Source of the DNA: Candidatus Thioglobus sp.
GTDB lineage: Bacteria; Pseudomonadota; Gammaproteobacteria; PS1; Pseudothioglobaceae
Direction: 5' to 3'
NCBI GenBank assembly: GCA_029936515.1
Contig: JAPYSK010000001.1
Coordinates: 14,079-78,078, forward strand
DNA length: 64,000 bases
The position numbers and the translations under genes were made by a program. Below are positions 49,181-57,752 of this stretch, piece by piece (position 1 is the first letter of the stretch; each line of letters begins with the position of its first letter). The notes under the pieces were generated by a model. It saw only the letters and a list, made by a program, of their open reading frames with translations. It was not told the DNA's origin and ran no database searches.

Positions 49181-50800
49181 ATGGAAAGAGAGTCAATTGA
49201 GTATGATGTTGTAGTTGTTGGAGGAGGCCCTTCGGGCTTAGCTTCGGCATGCAAACTAAAACAGCTTAATCCCGAACTCTCTGTTTGTTTACTAGAAAAA
49301 GGCTCTGAAATAGGCTCTCACATCATTTCTGGCGCTGTCTTTGAACCTCAAACCTTGTTTGACCTTTTCCCAGAAGAGGCAAAAAATTGTCCTACACTTA
49401 AAACCTCTGTAGTTAAGGATGATCTTTATTGGTTCACCAATAATAATAAGAGCATAAAAGTCCCCACTTGGTTAATGCCAAAAAGCCTTCATAACAAAGG
49501 TAATTACATCATCTCACTAGGAGAGCTTTGTCAATGGATTGCCGAACGAGCAATAAACCTTGGTGTCGATATTTTCCCTGGATTTCCTGCCCAAAGCTAC
49601 TTGACTGATTTAAATGGTAGGGTTTGTGGTATCTCTACTGGTGATATGGGTATAGACAAGGAGGGAAATCAAAAAGGTACCTTCACACCAGGAATGGATA
49701 TACTTGCAAAGCAAACAATTTTTGCAGAAGGCGCAAGGGGTCACTTAGGAAAAAAATTAATAAAAGAATTTAGCTTAGATGAGGGGAAAACACCCCAACA
49801 TTTTGCTATTGGCTTTAAAGAAATCTGGGAAGTTGACAATAATAAACATAGTCCCGGAGATGTTGTACATACTATGGGATGGCCACTTAATGGTGGAACA
49901 TCAGGTGGAGGCTTCCTTTATCATTTCGAAAACAATCGAATTGCAGTCGGTCTAATCGTTGACCTAAACTATTCTAATACTCATCACAGCCCTTTTCAAG
50001 AATTTCAGCAATACAAGCAACATCCATCAATCAAACAATTTCTTGATTCTGGTAAACGTGTCTCGTATGGCGCAAGAGCAATTACAAAAGGCGGCATTAA
50101 CTCTCTTGTAAAAATGGAGTTTGATGGTGGAATGATTATTGGATGTGACGCTGGAACACTTAACCCTAGCAAGATAAAAGGCAGTCATTGCGCTCTTCAG
50201 TCAGGCATTCTTGCTGCAGAGTATATTAATAAGCTGCTTTTAGAAGAGATCTGTGATTTTGATGATTTATTTAAAAATAGTGCTCTATATAAAGAACTCT
50301 ATAAATCAAGAAACTTTAGTGGCGCTATGCATAAATTTGGCTTTTATGCTGGTGCAGCCTATAACTTTATTGAGTCGAACATTTTTCGTAACAAATTGCC
50401 GATTACTATTAAAGATGAAAAGAGAGATTGTGATTCCTTAAAGACAACTAAAGCCTCAAAAATAAAGACATACCCTGCCCCTGACAATTTATTAAGTTTT
50501 GATATTACCTCTTCTTTATTCCTATCTGGAACTAACCATGAAGAAGACCAACCCGTTCATCTAAAGCTTACTGACCCTAACATTCCACTTGATTACAATA
50601 ACAAAATTTTTAACGAACCAGCTCAAAGGTATTGCCCAGCAGGTGTTTATGAAATTATTGAAAAAGATGGGGCTGATTATTTTCAGATAAATGCTCAGAA
50701 TTGCCTTCATTGCAAGACATGTGACATTAAAGACCCGTCACAGAACATCAATTGGACTCCTCCCGAAGGTGGTGGTGGACCAAACTATATTGGGATGTAG
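49181..50800 (+). CDS. ETF:ubiquinone oxidoreductase
   Basis: GGGPSG, LEKGSEIGSHIISGA, RYCPAGVYE, QNCLHCKTCDIKDP (4Fe-4S), EGGGGPNY. Confidence 0.95.
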   Translation: MERESIEYDVVVVGGGPSGLASACKLKQLNPELSVCLLEKGSEIGSHIISGAVFEPQTLFDLFPEEAKNCPTLKTSVVKDDLYWFTNNNKSIKVPTWLMPKSLHNKGNYIISLGELCQWIAERAINLGVDIFPGFPAQSYLTDLNGRVCGISTGDMGIDKEGNQKGTFTPGMDILAKQTIFAEGARGHLGKKLIKEFSLDEGKTPQHFAIGFKEIWEVDNNKHSPGDVVHTMGWPLNGGTSGGGFLYHFENNRIAVGLIVDLNYSNTHHSPFQEFQQYKQHPSIKQFLDSGKRVSYGARAITKGGINSLVKMEFDGGMIIGCDAGTLNPSKIKGSHCALQSGILAAEYINKLLLEEICDFDDLFKNSALYKELYKSRNFSGAMHKFGFYAGAAYNFIESNIFRNKLPITIKDEKRDCDSLKTTKASKIKTYPAPDNLLSFDITSSLFLSGTNHEEDQPVHLKLTDPNIPLDYNNKIFNEPAQRYCPAGVYEIIEKDGADYFQINAQNCLHCKTCDIKDPSQNINWTPPEGGGGPNYIGM

Positions 50801-51763
50801 CTATTTACATTGATTAGCTGTAATTACCACTGTATTAACGATCTCATCGACGCTACATCCTCGTGATAAATCATTAACTGGCTTTGCAAGCCCCTGAAGG
50901 ATTGGTCCAATTGCTTTTGCACCAGAAAATCGCTGAACAAGTTTGTAGCCAATATTAGCTGCATCTAGGTTAGGAAAAATCAATACATTTGCAGGTGGAA
51001 CAAAAGCAGTTTCTGGATATTTAATCTTTAATACGTCTTTATCCAAAGCAGCATCAAGCTGTATATTACCAACAATATCAATGTTTGGCAGTCTAGATTT
51101 AAGGATATCAGTTGCAAGCCTTACTTTGTCAACTTGTAGGTGTTTAGCGCTTTGATTTGTAGAAAATGAAAGCATAGCTATTTTTGGCTCACTTTCAAGT
51201 AAAGATTGGGCTGTTTTAAATGCGCTATGTGCAATTTCAGCTAACTCTTCAGAACTAGGGTCTATATTCATAGCGCAGTCTGAAAAGATCATATTCTCAC
51301 CATATATTTGATGATTTTGATCAAATACCATTAGGAATAAACTTGATACAAGCTTACTGTCATTAGAGACACCTATAATTCGTAGAGCATTACTTAATAC
51401 TTCCTGGCTTGGTGTAATGGCACCTGTAACAACGCCATCCACATCGCCTCTATATAGAGCAACCATTGCAAATACACTTGGGTTTGAAACTAGCTCTAAA
51501 GCTTCATTAAGATCAATACCCTTATGCTTTCTTCTTTCATAAAAAGTTTTGGCATACTCCAGCTTCAAATCTTCATCTTCAGGATTAATGAATTCAATGC
51601 CATGAGTTGTGTCAGTTTTTGCGTCAAGTAAAACGATTTTGGCAATTTTTTGGTTTGCAAGAAGCTTAGCCGCCTCTAGAACGCGAGCATCATTAGATTC
51701 GGGCAATAAAATACGTGGATATCTGACTTTTGCTCTATTCGTTAAATCTTCTACTAACGCCAT
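50801..51763 (-). CDS. pta: Phosphate acetyltransferase (short form)
   Basis: ILLPESNDARV, FSDCAMNIDP, AMLSFST, QLDAAL, FPNLDAANIGYK, GPILQGLAKPVNDLSRG. Confidence 0.93.
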   Translation of the reverse strand: MALVEDLTNRAKVRYPRILLPESNDARVLEAAKLLANQKIAKIVLLDAKTDTTHGIEFINPEDEDLKLEYAKTFYERRKHKGIDLNEALELVSNPSVFAMVALYRGDVDGVVTGAITPSQEVLSNALRIIGVSNDSKLVSSLFLMVFDQNHQIYGENMIFSDCAMNIDPSSEELAEIAHSAFKTAQSLLESEPKIAMLSFSTNQSAKHLQVDKVRLATDILKSRLPNIDIVGNIQLDAALDKDVLKIKYPETAFVPPANVLIFPNLDAANIGYKLVQRFSGAKAIGPILQGLAKPVNDLSRGCSVDEIVNTVVITANQCK

Positions 51764-51886
51764 TATTATGCCTCAAATAAACAAGATGATAGTTTACCCG
51801 AAAATATCAGTAATTCTATATACCCTTCTGCTGCTATAACTAAAGTTTAGGTTTATTACCAAAAATATTTTAAAGGCTTTAAATAA

Positions 51887-51902
51887 ACTCATATATATGA
51901 GT
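51887..51902. promoter_or_regulatory. 16-bp perfect palindrome (candidate operator)
   Basis: ACTCATATATATGAGT, 40 bp upstream of the GntR-aldolase GTG start, in the divergent pta intergenic region. Confidence 0.55.
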
Positions 51903-51942
51903 ATACTGAGACAATTGTCCTTATAAAATAGCTTTCATACAC

Positions 51943-52890
51943 GTGAATAAGAAGCTTTATCAAACTGTTATAGACTATATCAATAATAAAATCACTAGTG
52001 GAGAGCTATCAATTGGTGATGTTATTCCTTCTGAATCTCAACTTTCAAAGCGATTAAATGTGAGTATTGGAACTGTCAGAAAAGCCATCGATAAGCTTGA
52101 AAATAGTAATATACTTTTTCGTCATCATGGTAAAGGAACATATGTAAACTTAAACTTAAAAACTATGAAAACTGACTATAAAAAAGAGCGCTCTGACCTT
52201 GCCGCTGCTTTTAGGTGGGCCGCAAGACTTAATATGCATGAAGCTGTTGCAAATCACTTCAGCTTGGCAGTTTCAGATGATGGCTCACAATTCCTATTAA
52301 ATCCTATCGGGATGAATTTTTCTCAGATTTGTGCAAGTGACCTTATTCTTCTAGATTCTAATGACCCAACAACAATGTCACAACCCAATGCCCCTGATCC
52401 TTCAGCTTGGGCTATACACGGGGCAATGCATAGAAATAATCCTCAAGCCAGATGTATTCTTCATGTCCATCCTAAATATGCAACCATTCTCGCCAGTCTT
52501 GAAGATAAGACCATGAAGCCTATCGATCAAAACACAATGCGCTTTTATGAAAAGGTATCAATTGATCATGACTATAGCGGTATGGGTCTTGGCAAAGAGG
52601 CTGAGAGATTAAGCACTATCTTGGGTGATAATTCTGTTCTGTTGATGGGTAATCATGGAGTTCTGACCGCTGCTAAGACGGTAGCCAAAGCGTTTGACGA
52701 CCTTTATTACTTTGAACGCTCCTGTGAAAATTTAATTGGGGCTTATCAAACTGGTAAAAACTTACACTTAGTAAGTCATGAGATTGCTACAAAAACGGCT
52801 CAGCAATGGCAAGACTATGACGCCTCAGACCTTCACTTTGATGCATTAAAAAGAATCTTGGACAAGGAAGAGCCTGACTACAAAATTTAG
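51943..52890 (+). CDS. GntR winged-HTH fused to a class II aldolase/adducin domain
   Basis: Residues 1-68 GntR (IPSESQLSKRLNVSIGTVRKAIDKL...GKGTYV); residues 75-315 aldolase II (NHFS, ILHVHP, GNHGV zinc ligands). Confidence 0.88.
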   Translation: MNKKLYQTVIDYINNKITSGELSIGDVIPSESQLSKRLNVSIGTVRKAIDKLENSNILFRHHGKGTYVNLNLKTMKTDYKKERSDLAAAFRWAARLNMHEAVANHFSLAVSDDGSQFLLNPIGMNFSQICASDLILLDSNDPTTMSQPNAPDPSAWAIHGAMHRNNPQARCILHVHPKYATILASLEDKTMKPIDQNTMRFYEKVSIDHDYSGMGLGKEAERLSTILGDNSVLLMGNHGVLTAAKTVAKAFDDLYYFERSCENLIGAYQTGKNLHLVSHEIATKTAQQWQDYDASDLHFDALKRILDKEEPDYKI

Positions 52891-52928
52891 CTCTTAAAAT
52901 TATATAAATTTATCGACAAGGAGTAGTA

Positions 52929-54176
52929 ATGTCAAACAACAATGTCTCATTAGACGTGAACTATGTAAAAGCGCAATTTCCAGCCTTTAATGACCCCTTA
53001 AGTGCCAAATGGTCTTTTTTTGAAAATGCCGGTGGAAGTTACGTTCCTAATAACGTCATCGAGCGTTTAAATTATTTTATGACCTCAACAAAGGTTCAGC
53101 CTTATGCCGAGTTTGATACCTCTGCAATTGCTGGAGATAATATGGATCAAGCAACTAATTTGTTTGCTGAAATGATTAATGTACAGAATGATGAAATCAT
53201 TATTGGAGGCTCTACAACGATAAATATGTACGTATTGTCTAATGCAATGAGAAGTCTTTTAAAGCCAGGTGATGAAGTAATTGTTACCAATCAAGACCAT
53301 GAAGCTAATGTTGGAGCATGGCGAAGGCTCGCCGAGCACGGTATGGTTATCAAGGAATGGAAAATCAATACAAAAACTGCTGAACTTGAGATTGAAGATT
53401 TAAAATCTTTATTGTCAGAAAAAACTAAAATTGTCGCGGTCACTCATTGCTCTAACATTGTGGGTTCAATAAATGACCTTAAATCCATTGCAAAACTGGT
53501 TCATGAGTATGACGCTTATATTATTGGTGATGGTGTCTCTTATGCACCCCATGGATTTCCTGATGTAAAAGACCTTGATGTTGATTTTTACGCATTTAGC
53601 CTCTATAAGACTTACGGCCCCCACTTAGGTCTTCTTTATGGGAAAAAAGCGATTCTAGACAAACTACCGAATCAAAATCATGAATTTCTAGAGGGAGATG
53701 TCCCCTACACTCTTAATCCAGGCGGCCCAAATCATGAAGAGTTGTCCTGTTTAATTGGCGTATATGAGTATTTTAATAACTTATTTGAGCATCACTTTCC
53801 AGGAGAGGATGGCTCTGTTAGAGACAAAATTGAAAAAATTAATGAATTGATTGCAAAGCATGAACAAGAAATAGCAAACCCCCTTCTCGAATATATAAGC
53901 TCTCGAGATGACATTAAACTTATCGGAAAAAACAAAATAGAGAATAAAAATAGAGCGCCAACGATTGCCTTTACTATGGACAATAAGTCATCAAAGGAGC
54001 TCAGTAGTGATCTTGTTAAACATGGCATTGCAACAAGGAATGACAACTTCTATGCATGGCGATGCTTAAAGGCTTTAGGAATAGATGTTGATGATGGTGT
54101 TGTAAGAACAAGTATGGTTCACTACAATACTCATGAAGATGTAAATAATCTAATCGAAGCCCTAAAGAAGATTTAA
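52929..54176 (+). CDS. Class V PLP-dependent enzyme (cysteine desulfurase-like, no catalytic Cys)
   Basis: FENAGGS, DHEAN, VTHCSNIVG, DGVSYAPH, FSLYKTYGPHLG (PLP Lys). Confidence 0.85.
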   Translation: MSNNNVSLDVNYVKAQFPAFNDPLSAKWSFFENAGGSYVPNNVIERLNYFMTSTKVQPYAEFDTSAIAGDNMDQATNLFAEMINVQNDEIIIGGSTTINMYVLSNAMRSLLKPGDEVIVTNQDHEANVGAWRRLAEHGMVIKEWKINTKTAELEIEDLKSLLSEKTKIVAVTHCSNIVGSINDLKSIAKLVHEYDAYIIGDGVSYAPHGFPDVKDLDVDFYAFSLYKTYGPHLGLLYGKKAILDKLPNQNHEFLEGDVPYTLNPGGPNHEELSCLIGVYEYFNNLFEHHFPGEDGSVRDKIEKINELIAKHEQEIANPLLEYISSRDDIKLIGKNKIENKNRAPTIAFTMDNKSSKELSSDLVKHGIATRNDNFYAWRCLKALGIDVDDGVVRTSMVHYNTHEDVNNLIEALKKI

Positions 54177-54202
54177 AGAGGTTAATCCGAGGTTTTTCAT
54201 TG

Positions 54203-55027
54203 TCAAAGTTTTTTATACAAGGTAGGAAACATTTTTCCAGATAAATCGTCACCATTTTGGTAACCATTTGCCTCCATTATTGCCCTTTCATCTTGGGCCC
54301 AATCACCTCGATACTCAACCCTAGAACCTTCTTTTGCCATTCTCAGAGTATATCGATGAATATCTTTTTTTGGAGTAACTTCATTCAAGCTTCCGTGCAA
54401 AGTTCGCATATCAAAAAAGACACAATCACCCAATTCAAGGTCCCACTGTAGAAATTCATAGTTGTCCTTATTTTCAAGTATATCTGGCGTTATATCGTAT
54501 GTCTTTCCATTCACCTCGCCGGCTTCTCCATCAATTGGATGTCCTTCTTGAAATCGTGTTCTTATATAAAGCTTATTCCAGAGATGGGAGCCCTTAATCC
54601 AAGCTATTCCCTCTTCTTTTGAGACAGGCTCGAGAGGGAGCCAGAGAACACACATAGTTCCTTCAAAATCAAAGTATGAGATGTCGTGATGAAAAGGAGC
54701 GCCTGATTTAGACCCTGACTCTCTATAAAACCAATTATCCATGACTAAATTAATTTTTTTAGCCTCTAAAAGCTCTGAGGCAATTTGAGCAGTAGGTGAA
54801 TTAAAAACAAAGTCTTTAAAGTCTTTATATAGATCCCATATCCAAAAATCTTCGAAGTAACCAGGTGCATCTTTATCCTTTGTATGTCTTACAAACCGTG
54901 GACTAGGATTATTTATATCCTCATTAATGCCATTTCTAAGCTTTTCAATCCATTGCTTTTCAAACTTACCTTTTATTAAAACAGCACCATCCTTATTAAA
55001 TTGATTAATTTCAGCTTGAGATAGCAT
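54203..55027 (-). CDS. PhyH-family Fe(II)/2OG dioxygenase
   Basis: PFHHDISY (HxD), LWLPLEPV, KGSHLW, RTLHGS, RYTLR. Confidence 0.85.
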   Translation of the reverse strand: MLSQAEINQFNKDGAVLIKGKFEKQWIEKLRNGINEDINNPSPRFVRHTKDKDAPGYFEDFWIWDLYKDFKDFVFNSPTAQIASELLEAKKINLVMDNWFYRESGSKSGAPFHHDISYFDFEGTMCVLWLPLEPVSKEEGIAWIKGSHLWNKLYIRTRFQEGHPIDGEAGEVNGKTYDITPDILENKDNYEFLQWDLELGDCVFFDMRTLHGSLNEVTPKKDIHRYTLRMAKEGSRVEYRGDWAQDERAIMEANGYQNGDDLSGKMFPTLYKKL

Positions 55028-55107
55028 TTCAAGTTATTTGGAATAATAAGATAAATAACGATTGACTGAGTCAATCGTTAAAACCTAATGGTTAGATTAA
55101 AAATTAA

Positions 55108-55299
55108 TTAGATAGCGCAGCTCATATCTTGGCCACAACAACTAGGTGATTTAATTTTTCCGTGACCATTTGGACATTTTGAAATTTGAACTTCTGTTCC
55201 ATCATCAAGCGTAAGCATGCCGTCTACTAGAGGTTCATCACATTTAGCGCAAGTTGCGTTAACAGCCATTCCACAATTATCACATTCATATGTTGCCAT
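55108..55299 (-). CDS. Small Cys-rich putative metal-binding protein
   Basis: 63 aa with CxxC, CxxC, CxxxH and CC; GGAG RBS upstream. Confidence 0.75.
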   Translation of the reverse strand: MATYECDNCGMAVNATCAKCDEPLVDGMLTLDDGTEVQISKCPNGHGKIKSPSCCGQDMSCAI

Positions 55300-55412
55300 A
55301 ATTTTCTCCGATTAAATTAAGCAATATATTAACAGAATTAAATTACCTAATGCCTTAAAAGTGAGTACAATTTTTGGATATATTACAATAATTGTATGAT
55401 ATAAATACATAT

Positions 55413-55796
55413 ATGAAAAAACTAATACTAATCTCACTTTTAACTCTTGGATTTATAAACTTCTCCTTTGCTGGAGGTGACGATAGAGATCAAGAATTGC
55501 CATTAAATTCGCTCAATACAGTGGCTGATGAAGACGCTTCATTATTGGCAGAATCCAATCAAAATATACAAGCTTCTGAGACTAATACTTCTGATTTAGA
55601 ACAACTTCTTAAAGAAATTGAAAAAGATCTCAATGAGTCAGATGAGCTTGATCAGAAAATACAGGATAAGGGCTATATTGAAATCTTCAAAGAAAACTAT
55701 ATAGATTCATATTCAGGGCGCTTTATATTGCTTGGAGTTTTCGTCCTTTTACTGTTTTTTATGCTTATCTTCAGTATGTTTTTTTCAAGAAAGTGA
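55413..55796 (+). CDS. Hypothetical exported/membrane-anchored protein
   Basis: Signal peptide MKKLILISLLTLGFINFSFA, acidic helical middle, C-terminal TM helix ending in SRK. Confidence 0.65.
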   Translation: MKKLILISLLTLGFINFSFAGGDDRDQELPLNSLNTVADEDASLLAESNQNIQASETNTSDLEQLLKEIEKDLNESDELDQKIQDKGYIEIFKENYIDSYSGRFILLGVFVLLLFFMLIFSMFFSRK

Positions 55797-55950
55797 TCTA
55801 GTAATTAATAATAGAGCGCTATTAATATGAATGACATAGGATAATTTATTTATCATTGTCAGGAGAAGTAAAATTGAGTCGATTTAAACAATACTAATTC
55901 AGTGGTTGTGTGAAATCAAAAAAAGGTATACAATCGATTTACTCAAGGTG

Positions 55951-55968
55951 AAAAATTGATCAATTTTT
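55951..55968. promoter_or_regulatory. 18-bp perfect palindrome upstream of the TRAP operon
   Basis: AAAAATTGATCAATTTTT. Confidence 0.4.
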
Positions 55969-56091
55969 AGCTCTTAAACTATTGTTTTTTGTTGTGCTAA
56001 TTTCGTGACCCGTTTTTTAGTTGGAACAATCAGTTGTCTTCATCACGAGAGCGGTTTTTTATTTTGATATATTTATTTAAGGAGATTACTT

Positions 56092-57165
56092 ATGATTAGA
56101 AATAAATTGATACTTATGATGGTAGCAACACTACTCGTTTTTAGTGGTTCGAGTTCAATTGCTGCAGATGAAAAAGTCATCAAGTGGAAACTGGCGATGA
56201 CATGGCCTGCTGGCTTACCACCTTTCGCATGGACTGTTACACGTTTTGCTGACAATGTAGAGGCGATGAGTGGTGGTCGAATGACAATTCGTGTTGATGA
56301 TAAAAATAAACACAAAGCTGCCTTGGGCATACTTGATATGGTCAAAGCTGGTCAGTATGAGATGGGTCATTCAGCCTCTTACTATTGGAAAGGCAAGGAC
56401 ATTAATACTATGCCATTTACAACTATGCCTTTCGGTATGACAACATCTGAGCAAGACGCTTGGTACTTCTATGGTGGTGGTGAAGCACTCGCAAAAGAAG
56501 TGTTTGACAAACATGGAGTTAACCAGTATCAAGGTGGTAGTACAGGTAATCAGATGGGTGGATGGTTCCGTAAAGAAATCAATTCTGTTGACGACCTTAA
56601 AGGTCTGAAGATGCGAATTCCTGGTTTTGCCGGAGAAGTTTTGGCTGAACTTGGTGTTGCGGTAACTAACCTGCCTGCGGGTGAGTTATATACAGCACTA
56701 GAGCGTGGAACGATTGATGCGCTTGAGTGGGTTGGTCCAGGTATGGATATTAATATGGGCTTTCATAAGGTTGCACCATATTACTATACTGGTTGGCATG
56801 AGCCTGCAACAGACTTGCAGTTCTTAATCAACCAAGATGCTTGGAATGAGTTACCGGCTGATTTACAGGCTATTATCGAGGTAGCTATGGTTGATTCCAA
56901 GGCGCGTATGTATTGGGAAAACTTTGCCATGAGTGCCGAAGCTTGGTCTAAGATGGGAGTGGATTACCCTAACATTAAAGTTAGGACATTCCCTCCAGAA
57001 GTAATTGCTGAGATGAAGGCTGTTAATGCTCGACTTATCGCTGAAACTTCTGCAAGAGATCCTATGTTCAAAAAGATTATGGAATCTCAAGCGGAATTTA
57101 TGGCGAAGGCTCGAGAATGGACAAAGATGTCAGATTATTTGTACTTGAAAGACAATATCGAATAA
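56092..57165 (+). CDS. dctP: TRAP transporter substrate-binding protein (DctP family, TakP-like)
   Basis: KWKLAMTWP, GHSASYYWKGK, QMGGWFRKEI, LKMRIPG, ALERGTIDALEWVGP; GGAG RBS. Confidence 0.9.
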   Translation: MIRNKLILMMVATLLVFSGSSSIAADEKVIKWKLAMTWPAGLPPFAWTVTRFADNVEAMSGGRMTIRVDDKNKHKAALGILDMVKAGQYEMGHSASYYWKGKDINTMPFTTMPFGMTTSEQDAWYFYGGGEALAKEVFDKHGVNQYQGGSTGNQMGGWFRKEINSVDDLKGLKMRIPGFAGEVLAELGVAVTNLPAGELYTALERGTIDALEWVGPGMDINMGFHKVAPYYYTGWHEPATDLQFLINQDAWNELPADLQAIIEVAMVDSKARMYWENFAMSAEAWSKMGVDYPNIKVRTFPPEVIAEMKAVNARLIAETSARDPMFKKIMESQAEFMAKAREWTKMSDYLYLKDNIE

Positions 57166-57186
57166 TTTAAATCTTATGTGTTTTAT

Positions 57187-57217
57187 AATGCCCGCTATAA
57201 ACGCGGGCATTTTTTTT
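57187..57217 (+). terminator. Intrinsic terminator/attenuating hairpin after dctP
   Basis: AATGCCCGC/GCGGGCATT stem followed by a T-run. Confidence 0.85.
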
Positions 57218-57236
57218 ATTTTTACAGGCTAATGTA

Positions 57237-57752
57237 ATGCAATGGATTGAATCATTTTGCGATAAATTTTCTAAATACTTAGGTATCGTTATTGCGTTTT
57301 TGCTCATCATAATGATGATCAATGTTGCTTTCGATGCCTTGAATCGTTACCTAATGAACTCTAATTCAGTTGCTTTGCAAGAGATGGAGTGGCACCTATT
57401 CTCGGTAATTATATTGTTGGGATTATCTTATACACTGAATCAAGAGGGTCACGTACGTGTTGATGTTTTGTATACAAATTTTAGTGCAAAAAAGAAAGCC
57501 ATCATCAATATGATTGGTGTCATTACATTTGTTCTACCACTTAGCCTATTAGTAGCATTCGGCTCACTTGGCTTTGTTGCAGAGGCCTACAATTTTATGG
57601 AGCAGAGTGGAGATCCAGGCGGACTGCACTATCGTTTTATTATCAAGGGTTTAATTCCAACAGCGTTTTTTATTTTAATATTCATGTCAATTGGTTATTT
57701 TGCGCGTAACTATAACCTCTTAAAACGACTCAACTCAAGTTCAGACTCATGA
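57237..57752 (+). CDS. dctQ: TRAP small permease DctQ
   Basis: 4 TM; EMEWHLF, GHVRVDVLY. Confidence 0.92.
   Translation: MQWIESFCDKFSKYLGIVIAFLLIIMMINVAFDALNRYLMNSNSVALQEMEWHLFSVIILLGLSYTLNQEGHVRVDVLYTNFSAKKKAIINMIGVITFVLPLSLLVAFGSLGFVAEAYNFMEQSGDPGGLHYRFIIKGLIPTAFFILIFMSIGYFARNYNLLKRLNSSSDS

Noticed and set aside
52929-54176. IscS/SufS cysteine desulfurase
   Set aside because: The catalytic cysteine loop is absent
56020-56040. Sigma-54 promoter before dctP (TTGGAAC...GTTGT)
   Set aside because: The GG-N10-GC spacing and the -12 GC are not satisfied
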